Position numbers and translations under genes: made by a program
In this document: positions 32,423 to 41,944 of the stretch, one piece after another
Layout: every line of letters begins with the position of its first letter
Numbering within the stretch: position 1 is the stretch's first letter
The notes under the pieces: generated by a model
The model's database searches: none
The model's input: only the letters and a program-made list of their open reading frames with translations
What the model was told of the DNA's origin: nothing
Origin: Firmicutes bacterium UBA4795
GTDB lineage: Bacteria > Bacillota > Desulfotomaculia > Desulfotomaculales > Nap2-2B
Direction: 5' to 3'
DNA length: 64,000 bases
Assembly (NCBI GenBank): GCA_002402825.1
Contig: DHGP01000006.1
Coordinates: 1,613-65,612 of the forward strand

Positions 32423-34002
32423 AAACGTAAAATTATATGCTTAACCCACCTCTCGCTTACGGCAGGATAATCTTCCCGGTAATGTGCCCCCCGGCTTTCA
32501 GTCCTCATTAAAGCTGCCTCACAAATCAGCTGACCAACCAGTAACATATTACGTAGTTCCATTTCGGCAATATTTTTTGCCTCACTCAAGAACAAATCAG
32601 CCTGGTTTTCAAAAAAGTTTAAAGCCTCTGTTAGTCCTTGGCGTGAGCGGACAGGACCAGCGTATTTATTCATTACCGCTTGTAATTCCCGTCTTAAACT
32701 ATTTATTTTTGTTTCCTTGGGCGGTTTTAAATTATTATAAACGAATTCAACTGACGAAGGAACGTAACTGGTTAAAAAACGCATACTTTGTTTTACAATC
32801 CGAAAACCAAAAACTAGACCATCTAATAAAGAATTGCTGGCCAGGCGATTAGCCCCGTGGACACCATGACAAGATACCTCCCCGCAGGCGTAAAGCCCTT
32901 TGATGTTGGTTTCACCGTGCAGGTTGGTTTTTACCCCTCCCATCATGTAATGAGCCGCCGGAGCAACCGGGATAAGGTTTTTAGTAATATCCAAACCATA
33001 AGTAGCACAAGTACGGGTGATATTGGGAAAACGTTGTTGGATCACCTCACTCGTCAGGGGAGAAAGGTCTAAAAAAACGTTTTTTGAATTTGTCCGGACC
33101 ATTTCTTTAAGCATACTCTGGACTACTATGTCACGGGGGGCTAACTCAGCCAACTGGTGGTAACGGGGCATAAACTGCTCGCCGTAACAATTCCGCAGCC
33201 GGGCACCTTCGCCACGTACGGCTTCAGAAATTAAAAAAGAAGGCGCCCCGGGTAAACAAAGCACGGTAGGATGAAACTGGATAAATTCCAGGTCCATAAC
33301 CTCCGCCCCGGCCCGGTAAGCCATGGCAATACCATCACCTGTAGCTATTTCAGGATTAGTATTATGTTCATATATCTGGCCCGTACCACCGGTAGCCAAA
33401 ACAACCACCCGGCCATAAAATACCTTAAAACGCTGGTTAATATTATCACAGGCTAAAACCCCGTAACAAACATCGTCGGCTACCAGTAAATCTACTACAA
33501 AATAGTTTTCTTGTACTTTAAGGTTAGGAATTTTATTTGCTTGGTGGACAAGAGCACGTTGAATTTCTGCTCCTGTAGCGTCACCAGAAGCGTGTAAAAT
33601 GCGGCGCTGGCTGTGCGCTCCTTCCCGGGTTAACGCCAACTCCCCTTCGTAGTAGTCAAACTGGGCCCCCCACTCAATCAATTCTTTAACGCGGTTTACT
33701 CCTTCATTAACCAGTATTTCTACAGCTTTAGGGTCGCATAATCCTGCCCCGGCAAAGATAGTATCTTTAAAGTGCAGTTCCGGTGAATCTGAATGACCTA
33801 AAGCAACCGCTATTCCTCCCTGGGCCTTGTCGGTGCTGGTATCTTCCAGGGTATGCTTAGTAAGGACCAAAACCTGCCCTCCCTCCCGGGCCACCTTGCA
33901 AGCCGTATATAACCCGGCAATACCCCCGCCAATAATAACATATTCGTAAGTTTCAGCTGGTAACTGCCGGGTATCAAAATTTACTAAATAAGAGCTAAAC
34001 AA
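32419..34002 (-). CDS. nadB: L-aspartate oxidase
   Basis: GGGIAG, AQGGIA, EGAHS, QFHPT, HYMMGG, HGANRLASNSL; TTG 34002 with GGAGG SD. Confidence 0.96.
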   Translation of the reverse strand: MFSSYLVNFDTRQLPAETYEYVIIGGGIAGLYTACKVAREGGQVLVLTKHTLEDTSTDKAQGGIAVALGHSDSPELHFKDTIFAGAGLCDPKAVEILVNEGVNRVKELIEWGAQFDYYEGELALTREGAHSQRRILHASGDATGAEIQRALVHQANKIPNLKVQENYFVVDLLVADDVCYGVLACDNINQRFKVFYGRVVVLATGGTGQIYEHNTNPEIATGDGIAMAYRAGAEVMDLEFIQFHPTVLCLPGAPSFLISEAVRGEGARLRNCYGEQFMPRYHQLAELAPRDIVVQSMLKEMVRTNSKNVFLDLSPLTSEVIQQRFPNITRTCATYGLDITKNLIPVAPAAHYMMGGVKTNLHGETNIKGLYACGEVSCHGVHGANRLASNSLLDGLVFGFRIVKQSMRFLTSYVPSSVEFVYNNLKPPKETKINSLRRELQAVMNKYAGPVRSRQGLTEALNFFENQADLFLSEAKNIAEMELRNMLLVGQLICEAALMRTESRGAHYREDYPAVSERWVKHIILRL

Positions 34003-34019
34003 ACGTACTTCCTCCTTTT

Positions 34020-34047
34020 GTAGAGGCATTAAATTTAACGACCCTAC
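34020..34047. repeat. REP-like palindrome family A (degenerate)
   Basis: GTAGAGGCATTAAATTTAACGACCCTAC. Confidence 0.78.
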
Positions 34048-34049
34048 GG

Positions 34050-34242
34050 GTGAGACAAGGGGACGGTAAACTGGGTGAAAAGTTAATTATTTGAGTATTA
34101 ATTTTTGCAAAGTGGGGAAAAAATCTCATATCATGCTATATTTTTATATCCTTATCCCCAAATTGCCTTAAAATAAGGGTAAAGTGAGAGAAGATAATTT
34201 ACAAAATTAGTTTTCACAAAGTTTGCCGTCCCCTTGTCTCAC
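34050..34242. mobile_element. MITE-like element, 193 bp, with about 32-bp terminal inverted repeats
   Basis: Left GTGAGACAAGGGGACGGTAAACTGGGTGAAAA vs right reverse complement GTGAGACAAGGGGACGGCAAACTTTGTGAAAA (3 mismatches); AT-rich non-coding core. Confidence 0.75.
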
Positions 34243-34246
34243 TTGT

Positions 34247-34609
34247 TTATGACCGGTATATTTCCGTAATTTGATTTTGTTCGTTTACCATTACGACGGT
34301 AGGCTTAATAATTTGCGCTTCTTCCAAGGTTGCCAGGACATAAGAAATAATAATTATAATATCGCCAGGCTGCACCAGCCTGGCGGCCGCACCATTTAAA
34401 CAAACAACTCCTGAATTTGGTGGACCGGTTATTACGTATGTTTCAAAGCGCGCGCCGTTATTAATGTTGACTATCTGTACTTTCTCGTGAGGCAAAATGC
34501 TGCTTGCTTCAAGCAAAGCCTGATCAATAGTAATACTGCCGGTGTAGTTTAAGTTTGCGCTTGTTACCGTAGCCCGGTGAATTTTAGATTTTAACATGGT
34601 TAAAAACAA
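34247..34609 (-). CDS. panD: Aspartate 1-decarboxylase
   Basis: [31 protein letters not shown]. Confidence 0.97.
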   Translation of the reverse strand: MFLTMLKSKIHRATVTSANLNYTGSITIDQALLEASSILPHEKVQIVNINNGARFETYVITGPPNSGVVCLNGAAARLVQPGDIIIIISYVLATLEEAQIIKPTVVMVNEQNQITEIYRS

Positions 34610-34621
34610 TTAAATCACCTC

Positions 34622-35494
34622 TTATTTGGGATGATTGACCTTGTTATCTGGTATTTTTAAGACCAGGTTATCAATTAGCCTGGTCTTGCCAACTTTAGCG
34701 GCTACTGCTAAAAGAACTTCTCCTTGCAAGAAACTTATTTCCTCTAAATGAGGCAAAGAATATATTTCCACGTAATCTATTTCTACTAAAGGTTCGGCTG
34801 CTAATACTCCACTAACGGCCATTTTTACTTTAGCCGGGTCCCTTTCGCCATTTTCTACTATCTGGGCCGCCAAAGCCAGACTCTTAGGGATGCTTAAGGC
34901 GGCCTGCCTTTGGGTGGGGGTAAGATAAACATTTCGTGAACTTAGCGCCAGGCCATCTTTATCCCGTACGGTAGGCACAAGTATTATTTTTACCTCAAGG
35001 TTAAGGTCCTCCACCATTCGCCGGATAATAGCCGCTTGTTGAAAATCCTTTTGACCAAAAAAAGCCATGTCAGGTTGGATAATATTAAAAAGCTTGGTTA
35101 CCACCGTAGTTACCCCCTGAAAATGACCGGGCCGTGACTTCCCACATAAACAATCAGTTATTTTTTTTGTTTCTACAAAAGTAGAAAAACGGGGGGGATA
35201 CATTTCTTCCGCCGAGGGAATAAATATAGCATCTACTCCAACTTCTTCAGCTAATCTTTTATCTCGTTCAATATCCCGGGGGTAACAGGTAAAATCTTCT
35301 TGCGGACCAAACTGAATTGGGTTTACAAAAATACTGCTTACCACCACGTTGCAGATTTTTTTTGCTTCACTCATTAAAGATAAATGGCCGGCGTGAAAAT
35401 AACCCATAGTTGGAATAAAACCAATTGTTTTTCCTTGAGATGCGGCTTGACGGGTAAAAGATTTTATTTCTTTAATTGTATGGCAAATCAACAT
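34622..35494 (-). CDS. panC: Pantoate-beta-alanine ligase
   Basis: PTMGYFHAGH, FVNPIQF, RPGHF, FGQKDFQQ, LSSRN. Confidence 0.97.
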   Translation of the reverse strand: MLICHTIKEIKSFTRQAASQGKTIGFIPTMGYFHAGHLSLMSEAKKICNVVVSSIFVNPIQFGPQEDFTCYPRDIERDKRLAEEVGVDAIFIPSAEEMYPPRFSTFVETKKITDCLCGKSRPGHFQGVTTVVTKLFNIIQPDMAFFGQKDFQQAAIIRRMVEDLNLEVKIILVPTVRDKDGLALSSRNVYLTPTQRQAALSIPKSLALAAQIVENGERDPAKVKMAVSGVLAAEPLVEIDYVEIYSLPHLEEISFLQGEVLLAVAAKVGKTRLIDNLVLKIPDNKVNHPK

Positions 35495-35538
35495 TTTTTA
35501 CGCTCCACTTATTGATAAAAGAGTTTTTCGACAATCTC

Positions 35539-36387
35539 CTAAAAAAATTCTTCCGCCTTTATTTTATCAATCACTTCTTTAGCCATAGTATAACTTTGTT
35601 CTGGACCAGGAAAAATTCTATTTTGTACTTCTGCCCGGTAAGTTTGAATAGCCTGAATAACCTCTTCCCTTAGTTTAGCGTATTGTTTTACAAACTTGGG
35701 TGCTTGTCCTTCAAGCAAACCAAGTAAATCATGAATTACCAAAATCTGCCCATCACAGTCTACCCCTGCCCCAATCCCAATGGTAGGAATAGTTAATTTT
35801 TCGGTCAAATACCGGGCCAACATAGCCGGGATACATTCTAAAACCAAAGCAAAAACCCCGGCCTTCTGAAGAGCTTGGGCATCACAAGCAAGCTTTTTGG
35901 CGGCAGCTTCTTCTTTACCCTGTACTTTATAACCGCCCAACTGGTAAATTGACTGGGGGGTAAGGCCCAAATGACCCATAACCGGAATCCCTGCCGCAGT
36001 GAGGGCTTGAACTACAGGCACAACTTCTTGTCCCCCTTCTAATTTAACGGCCTGAGCACCGCCTTCTTGCAAAATACGACCGGCATTTTTAATGCTTTGT
36101 TCAAAAGAGCAGTGATAAGAAAGAAAAGGCAAGTCACCAATCACCATGGCTCTGTTTACCCCCCGGCATACCGCTTTTAGGTGATGAATCATATCGTCCA
36201 TAGTTACCGGAATAGTAGAATCGTAACCCAGCATTACATTACCCAAGGAATCACCGACTAAAATAGCGTCAATTCCGGCAACGTCTGTAAGCCTGGCCAT
36301 CGCGTAATCATAGGCTGTGAGCATAGTAATTGGTTTGCCTTCTTTTTTAGCCTGCCTAAAATAGGTTGTGGTTACTTGCTTATTCAA
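35539..36387 (-). CDS. panB: Ketopantoate hydroxymethyltransferase
   Basis: TAYD, LVGDSLG, VKLEGG, GHLGLTPQ. Confidence 0.97.
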   Translation of the reverse strand: MNKQVTTTYFRQAKKEGKPITMLTAYDYAMARLTDVAGIDAILVGDSLGNVMLGYDSTIPVTMDDMIHHLKAVCRGVNRAMVIGDLPFLSYHCSFEQSIKNAGRILQEGGAQAVKLEGGQEVVPVVQALTAAGIPVMGHLGLTPQSIYQLGGYKVQGKEEAAAKKLACDAQALQKAGVFALVLECIPAMLARYLTEKLTIPTIGIGAGVDCDGQILVIHDLLGLLEGQAPKFVKQYAKLREEVIQAIQTYRAEVQNRIFPGPEQSYTMAKEVIDKIKAEEFF

Positions 36388-36425
36388 AAATACTTTTCCC
36401 CCTTTAAAATGACACTAGAGACTTT

Positions 36426-37343
36426 TCACTTGTCTTTCAACATTTCTAAAGGATGTTGCTGAGTTTTGCCCTTCGCAAAAATTGTCTGCAATCTTGCTGC
36501 CTGCTCAGCGTCAAGGCTTCCTTTTTTTCGGGCAACAGAAACGATATATGACCCTAAGGTACAGTAAAGAGCCACTTCCTCCTGGGTTACCTTTTGCGTT
36601 AGGGCATTTAAATGACTTATAATGGTTTTTTCGTCGCCTCTATCTATCGGCCCGGTAAGAGCTAACGTGGGACCATTTTGTTTAATGTTATTAAGCGTAC
36701 CCTGAACAAGAGGTAACAAGGCCTGAAAAGCTTCTTTTCTTGATAACCCAAAGCTTTGGTACAATCCCGTGCTAAAGTATGCCAAGCCAACTAAATAGTT
36801 TGAAATTATACAGGCTGCCGCGTGGTAAAGGGGCTTATCTTTAGCCTGAATAAAGAAAAAACGCCCCCCTAAATCAGAAACTATGGCGGTTGCTACCGGT
36901 AGTGCTTCGACATCTCCTTCCAGGGCAAAATAAGAACCAGGTAAATTCTTAAGGGCTGTTTTTACATCAGCTACCGCTTGAATTGGGTGCATGGATACGG
37001 CAAAGGCCCCCGCTTCCCGTACTCCATGTAATTCGCCAGCCCCACAAACACCACTGGTATGAATAACTACTTGACCCGGACGAAAACCCCCATGACTAGC
37101 CAGACTTAAGGCTATGCGGGCAATCTCACGATCGGGAGTAGTAATAAAAACCAACTTTGCCTGAGGCGTTATTTTTTCCGGTTTATTCACGGCTTCACAG
37201 TTTAATTTTTTAGCTAATTTTTGGGCCGAAGCAATACTTTTACTAGCTACCCCAACTACCGGATAATTTTTTTCTTTTAAAAGATAAGCTAAAGCACTGC
37301 CTACCTTACCGCACCCTATTAAGGCAAATGAAGGTTTTGACAT
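36426..37343 (-). CDS. Rossmann + DUF2520 protein, PanG-type ketopantoate reductase
   Basis: IGCGKVG, HTSG, SMHP, YHAAA, LTGPI.RGD; heads the pan operon. Confidence 0.85.
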   Translation of the reverse strand: MSKPSFALIGCGKVGSALAYLLKEKNYPVVGVASKSIASAQKLAKKLNCEAVNKPEKITPQAKLVFITTPDREIARIALSLASHGGFRPGQVVIHTSGVCGAGELHGVREAGAFAVSMHPIQAVADVKTALKNLPGSYFALEGDVEALPVATAIVSDLGGRFFFIQAKDKPLYHAAACIISNYLVGLAYFSTGLYQSFGLSRKEAFQALLPLVQGTLNNIKQNGPTLALTGPIDRGDEKTIISHLNALTQKVTQEEVALYCTLGSYIVSVARKKGSLDAEQAARLQTIFAKGKTQQHPLEMLKDK

Positions 37344-37416
37344 TTACTTTTTTTCCTTAAAATTAAAACTTTTTAGGATATTTTAAAATTTATAATTTTC
37401 TGAAGGTGTATCGCAT

Positions 37417-37492
37417 AAAAAAACTTACGGCTACCCGTAAGCATTTCATTGACCAAAAAAACCGTCTTGGTCCTGTTGGCTCCAAGCGGATA
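37417..37492 (-). promoter_or_regulatory. pan RNA motif-like leader plus intrinsic terminator
   Basis: Minus strand CCGCTTGGAGCCAACAGGACCAAGACGG bulged hairpin, then CTTACGG-GTAG-CCGTAAG and a T-run, upstream of pan genes. Confidence 0.72.
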
Positions 37493-37671
37493 ACTCTTAC
37501 ATTAAATTAAATTATTAGTTTTTTTTAATTAGTTTTTTTGAGGTATACTTCTTTTTGATTTTATCCTCAAAAAAATTCTAACATAAGACCTTTAGCTTGG
37601 CAACATCTTTTATTAATTTATTTTTTGTGAATTGTTTCGTTAAATTTTACGGAACATAAATGCAGTTTAGC

Positions 37672-37917
37672 TTAGCTGCCGTTGCCCAATTCAACCAGTA
37701 TTACGTCTACCCCAATTTTAATAATCTTTTCCCAGGGCACAATTATTTCGTCTTCCCGGCCAAAAAATCCCCTAAAAAAATGGTTTTGTCCGGGTAAAAC
37801 TAAAGCGCTTAGGTAACCTCTGGTCAGGTCAAGGTCAATATCTTTAACCGGTCCTAAGCGCCGCCCATCAACTATATTAATTACTTCGCGCACCCGTAAA
37901 TCAGAAATTTTTATCAT
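37672..37917 (-). CDS. YlmC/YmxH PRC-barrel sporulation protein
   Basis: ISDLR.REVIN..DGRRLG, IPW/VPW..I.KIG.DVILV. Confidence 0.92.
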   Translation of the reverse strand: MIKISDLRVREVINIVDGRRLGPVKDIDLDLTRGYLSALVLPGQNHFFRGFFGREDEIIVPWEKIIKIGVDVILVELGNGS

Positions 37918-37975
37918 CTTACCCGCACCTCCTGTGTACATACTTATGTCAAAAGGAGGGCCGGATAGACCACGA

Positions 37976-38003
37976 TTAGGGGCGTTAAATTTAACGCCCC
38001 TAC
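37976..38003. repeat. REP-like palindrome family A
   Basis: TAGGGGCGTTAAATTTAACGCCCCTAC. Confidence 0.85.
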
Positions 38004-38017
38004 AATGATTATTTACT

Positions 38018-38803
38018 TTAGCTCTTCCACCAGGCCATGACCTGACGCATTAATTCTAAGGTCTTAAAGCGGAATTCAACCTGGGTCTTTTGGGTCCTTT
38101 TAGTTAACGATACTTTGTCCTTTGCCTCAGCCGGTGCTTTTTCCCTTGCTTCCGCTGATATTGGCGCCCAGGCGGTTACTGTTTGTGGCGTATTCAAACG
38201 AAAGGCCGGTTCTGTTTCCTTTACTTTTGACGGTGATTTGGTGGTTTTAACTACCCCTACCGGGTCAGTTAAACATAAAGGAGGGAACAAAACACACCAC
38301 CAATTATCCCCTTTTCCCTGACCAATAACTACCCGGACTGTTTCATAACGGCCGGCCGGTAAGGTTATTTCCCGGGTTGAAACACCGGTCGTACTGGTTA
38401 CCTTATAATTGTATTTCCGGGGTGGGAAAAAATATCTTCCCATTTCTACCCTTGCTGGGTAATTTTTACCTTCGTTACTTATTTGTTGTATCGTTAAATC
38501 GTGGATACGTTTTAAATTTACCTGGGCAACTTTTTTTGCGGTGGTTATATCCTTTATCCCGGCAAACTTTCCAGACATATTTTTAATAATTGCGTCACGC
38601 ACCTGGTATTTTAAAGCCTGGTCAACTGCACTGTTGCTGTTGGCAATTACGTGAAAGCGAATTAAACCAGGATAAAAACAGGTCTGGTCGTTTTGTTTAC
38701 GCAACCAAAAACCGCCCAGTCCCAGCCCTAAGGCTAATAAGCTTACCAGCATTATCACCGTATATTTTCGATATTTTCGCGTTTTTTTGTTTTTATTAAT
38801 CAT
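38018..38803 (-). CDS. spoIIR: Stage II sporulation protein R
   Basis: LIRFHVIANSNS..DQALK..VRD, LPAG.Y, NWWCVLFPPLC. Confidence 0.95.
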   Translation of the reverse strand: MINKNKKTRKYRKYTVIMLVSLLALGLGLGGFWLRKQNDQTCFYPGLIRFHVIANSNSAVDQALKYQVRDAIIKNMSGKFAGIKDITTAKKVAQVNLKRIHDLTIQQISNEGKNYPARVEMGRYFFPPRKYNYKVTSTTGVSTREITLPAGRYETVRVVIGQGKGDNWWCVLFPPLCLTDPVGVVKTTKSPSKVKETEPAFRLNTPQTVTAWAPISAEAREKAPAEAKDKVSLTKRTQKTQVEFRFKTLELMRQVMAWWKS

Positions 38804-38853
38804 AAGCGTCCGTCACTCCTTATTAAGATACTTTTTAAGGTACTTTTAATGTT

Positions 38854-38882
38854 AGTTTTCCCAGAGCTTTGCTTTTTCAAAC
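38854..38882 (-). promoter_or_regulatory. Sigma-F-type promoter of spoIIR
   Basis: GTTTG-15 nt-GGGAAAACT. Confidence 0.6.
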
Positions 38883-38889
38883 CTGGTAT

Positions 38890-39663
38890 TCACAGGTACT
38901 TACGGATATGATTTAAAGCGGCTTTTTCCAAACGGGAAACCTGGGCTTGAGAAATTCCAATCTCTTTGGCTACTTCCATCTGCGTTTTACCTGCGTAAAA
39001 GCGCAAATTAAGAATAAGTTTTTCCCGGTTACTCAATTTGCGCAAGGCATCTTGAATAGCTATATTTTCCAACCAGTATAAGTCTTGGTTTTTTTCGTCA
39101 TTTATTTGATCCATTACGTAAATAGGGTCACCACCGTCATGGTAAACAGGCTCAAAAAGAGAAATAGGTTCTTGGATGGCATCCAAAGCAAAAACAATCT
39201 CTTCCCTAGGCATTTTTAATTCGCGGGCAATTTCGTTAATTGAAGGTTCCCGGGAATACTGGTTAACCAGGTTATCCCTAATTTGTAAGGCTTTATAAGC
39301 TGTATCCCGTAAGGAACGACTAACCCGAACGGAGTTGTTATCCCGTAAATAACGCCGGATTTCACCAATAATCATAGGAACAGCATATGTGGAAAATTTT
39401 ACGTTTTGGGATAAGTCAAAATTATCAATTGCTTTTATTAATCCAATACAACCAACTTGAAATAAATCATCAACATATTCCCCCCGGTTGCCAAAACGCT
39501 GAATAACGCTTAATACCAGGCGAAGGTTTCCGTTAATAAGGCTTGTGCGGGCAGAAAGATCTCCCTGCTGCATTGCTTTGAACAACTGACACTTTTGGTT
39601 TTCGGTAAGTACCGGGAGTTTTGATGTGTTTACTCCGCATATTTCTACCTTATTCACCAACAT
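38890..39663 (-). CDS. sigG: Sporulation sigma factor G
   Basis: NKVEICGVNTSKLPVL, DDLFQVGCIGL. Confidence 0.97.
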   Translation of the reverse strand: MLVNKVEICGVNTSKLPVLTENQKCQLFKAMQQGDLSARTSLINGNLRLVLSVIQRFGNRGEYVDDLFQVGCIGLIKAIDNFDLSQNVKFSTYAVPMIIGEIRRYLRDNNSVRVSRSLRDTAYKALQIRDNLVNQYSREPSINEIARELKMPREEIVFALDAIQEPISLFEPVYHDGGDPIYVMDQINDEKNQDLYWLENIAIQDALRKLSNREKLILNLRFYAGKTQMEVAKEIGISQAQVSRLEKAALNHIRKYL

Positions 39664-39716
39664 TGTTATTCCTTCACTCCTAATATTTTTTTATTTTTTA
39701 GTATTACCTCAATTTC

Positions 39717-39745
39717 ATTATTACCTTAATAACATAGTTTTATTC
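39717..39745 (-). promoter_or_regulatory. Sigma-F/G-type promoter of sigG
   Basis: GAATA-15 nt-GGTAATAAT. Confidence 0.6.
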
Positions 39746-39845
39746 TTTTCCCATGAAACAACTAAAAAGGTTAAAAATAAAAAATGCCCCTGGTTAACCA
39801 GGGAGAAACAAAAAAATGAAGCAGCTACTTTACTGTATTTTCAAT

Positions 39846-39964
39846 TCCCCCTCCCCCTAACCCCCTCCCTCAAGGGGAGGGGGGAATGGTGGTCAATCCT
39901 CCCTCAAGAGGAGAGGGGAACGGTCAATCCCCCTCCCTCAAGGGGAGGGGGATGGGGGGAGGGT
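39846..39964. repeat. Cluster of three C/G-rich hairpin repeats
   Basis: Units CCTCCCTCAAG(G/A)GGAG joined by GGTCAAT linkers; related to 5650-5685. Confidence 0.8.
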
Positions 39965-40033
39965 CATTTTAGTTAAAAAAGAGGTGATCAATAAGCTTTG
40001 TATCCTTGTGCCTTTGTACCTTGCCTCCTTATG

Positions 40034-40756
40034 TTATTCCATCCGAAGCATCTCTCTTCTTAAACGAAAAATAATCCTTTTTTCCAACCGGGAAATATAA
40101 GACTGCGAGATACCCAGCAAGTCAGCTACTTCCTTTTGGGTTTTTTCGGTATTGTTATTTAAGCCGTAACGTAACTCCATAATCTTACGCTCACGTTTGT
40201 TAAGTTTTTGCAGGGCCAGAAAAAGAAGCTTTTTATCTATCTCTTCTTCTAGGCTTTTATAGGTAAGATCGTTTTCAGTGCCTAAAACATCAGAAAAAAG
40301 TAATTCGTTCCCGTCCCAATCAATACTTAAGGGCTCGTCAAAAGAAACTTCTAGGCGGGTCTTGTTATTACGGCGTAAGTACATTAAAATTTCATTTTCA
40401 ATGCAGCGGGAGGCATAAGTGGCCAATTTAATTTTTTTGACGGGGTCAAAGGAGTTAACCGCCTTAATTAAACCAATGGTGCCGATAGAAATTAAATCCT
40501 CAATATCTACTCCGGTATTTTCAAATTTCCGGGCAATATAAATCACCAGCCTGAGGTTGCGTTCAATTAAAACAGTCCGGACAGCTCCTTCGCCGGCTTC
40601 AAGTTTGTTAATTAAATAGGATTCCTCTTCAATGGTAAGGGGAGGTGGCAAAGCCTCACTACTTCCAACATAATAAACTTCACGCCCCTGCCCCAACCAC
40701 TGTAAAACCTTGACTATTGTTAGCTGAACAAGCAATCTTAATCGCCACCACTTCAT
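40034..40756 (-). CDS. sigE: Pro-sigma E
   Basis: [41 protein letters not shown]; pro-peptide. Confidence 0.97.
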   Translation of the reverse strand: MKWWRLRLLVQLTIVKVLQWLGQGREVYYVGSSEALPPPLTIEEESYLINKLEAGEGAVRTVLIERNLRLVIYIARKFENTGVDIEDLISIGTIGLIKAVNSFDPVKKIKLATYASRCIENEILMYLRRNNKTRLEVSFDEPLSIDWDGNELLFSDVLGTENDLTYKSLEEEIDKKLLFLALQKLNKRERKIMELRYGLNNNTEKTQKEVADLLGISQSYISRLEKRIIFRLRREMLRME

Positions 40757-40788
40757 TTTTAATCACCCCTAATATTAAAATTATAAAT

Positions 40789-41700
40789 TTAAGCCACCGC
40801 TAAAAGATTAGGGTGGAGTAAAGCCTGGTAGGTATGGCTGGAATTGAAGCTTTTTAAGTAAATACCAATTATTGCTTTTTCTATAACTATCATTTGCTCC
40901 TCCCGGTAAACCTCTACCCGGTCTGGTTTAAGGCCAATTAAAAAACCATTATTTTGTCCCAAGGACCGGTAAGGAATTAAACGCAGCCTGGTAGCCCAAC
41001 TATTTGTTTCTAATCCTCTAACGTTAAATTTATTTTCCGTAAAACAGCTTTCAAGAAGCTTTTTTACTTTCTCCGGCAATGTTTTGCTTAAAGCCCTATA
41101 CTCGACTATAATTACGGGGCTGCCGGTAAGTGGGTCTGTTAAGCTATTGCCCGTATCTATAAGACCGGTCAGTTCTACCTCAGTTCCCGCCATATAAATC
41201 TTTAAGGGTACTTGAAGGTGAAGCCGCTGGAGCCTTCTAAATAAAATTTGTGCCCCTGTCCGGCACGCTAACCAGGCCGCCAAAAAAGCCAGGAGCAGGC
41301 CCGGCCAAAAATAAACTTTAATTGCCGTTAAATCCTGGCTAACTGTTATTCCGGCCGTATTATTCAGGAAATAAAGAAACCCTAACAGAAAACCACCTAA
41401 GGAAAAGGAGATTAAGTAAAATATTCCTAAACAACTTAAAAAACGTGGCTTTGGTAAGGGAGCAAAAGTAGTTAGAATCATAAAAAGAGAAAATAAGAGC
41501 TTTAAAGGGATACTGAACAGCAGGCTTGACCCCGGTAAAAATAAGGCTAAAGAATAAAAACTACCTGCTGCGGCCCCAAGCAGAAGACGAAAAAAACTGC
41601 TTTTTGTTTCGCTAAACAGGCCGGTAAGCCATAAAATTAAGTAATTAATAAATAAATTAGATAAAAAAACCTGGTCTACGTATACTATATAATTTTGCAT
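40789..41700 (-). CDS. spoIIGA: Sigma-E processing peptidase
   Basis: VYVD..FL.N..INY, LIDTGNSL.DP, LIPYRSLG; upstream of sigE. Confidence 0.95.
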   Translation of the reverse strand: MQNYIVYVDQVFLSNLFINYLILWLTGLFSETKSSFFRLLLGAAAGSFYSLALFLPGSSLLFSIPLKLLFSLFMILTTFAPLPKPRFLSCLGIFYLISFSLGGFLLGFLYFLNNTAGITVSQDLTAIKVYFWPGLLLAFLAAWLACRTGAQILFRRLQRLHLQVPLKIYMAGTEVELTGLIDTGNSLTDPLTGSPVIIVEYRALSKTLPEKVKKLLESCFTENKFNVRGLETNSWATRLRLIPYRSLGQNNGFLIGLKPDRVEVYREEQMIVIEKAIIGIYLKSFNSSHTYQALLHPNLLAVA

Positions 41701-41944
41701 TATTCAACCCCTTTTCAAAAGAGGCGTGAAATTTACTGATCACCCTTAAAAAGGAATTTTATTCCCGCGATTGCGCCTGTCTTAATATTTATTTTCATAA
41801 ATATATGCCTGGGTATAAGAAATATACCTGAAAAATAAAAAAAACTCTGAGCTCATTATATAATGCCAGAGTTAGTAAATTATGTTACTTTATGCCGTTT
41901 ATTTTTATTTTTTTCCGCCTTATTTTAACAAATTACCTTGCTTA

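Noticed and set aside
34003-34029. ORF-track nadB start MPLQKEEVR
   Set aside because: The ATG lies inside a REP; the SD points to TTG 34002.
39626-39976. 116-aa plus-strand ORF between sigG and sigE
   Set aside because: Low-complexity translation of the promoter and repeat array.
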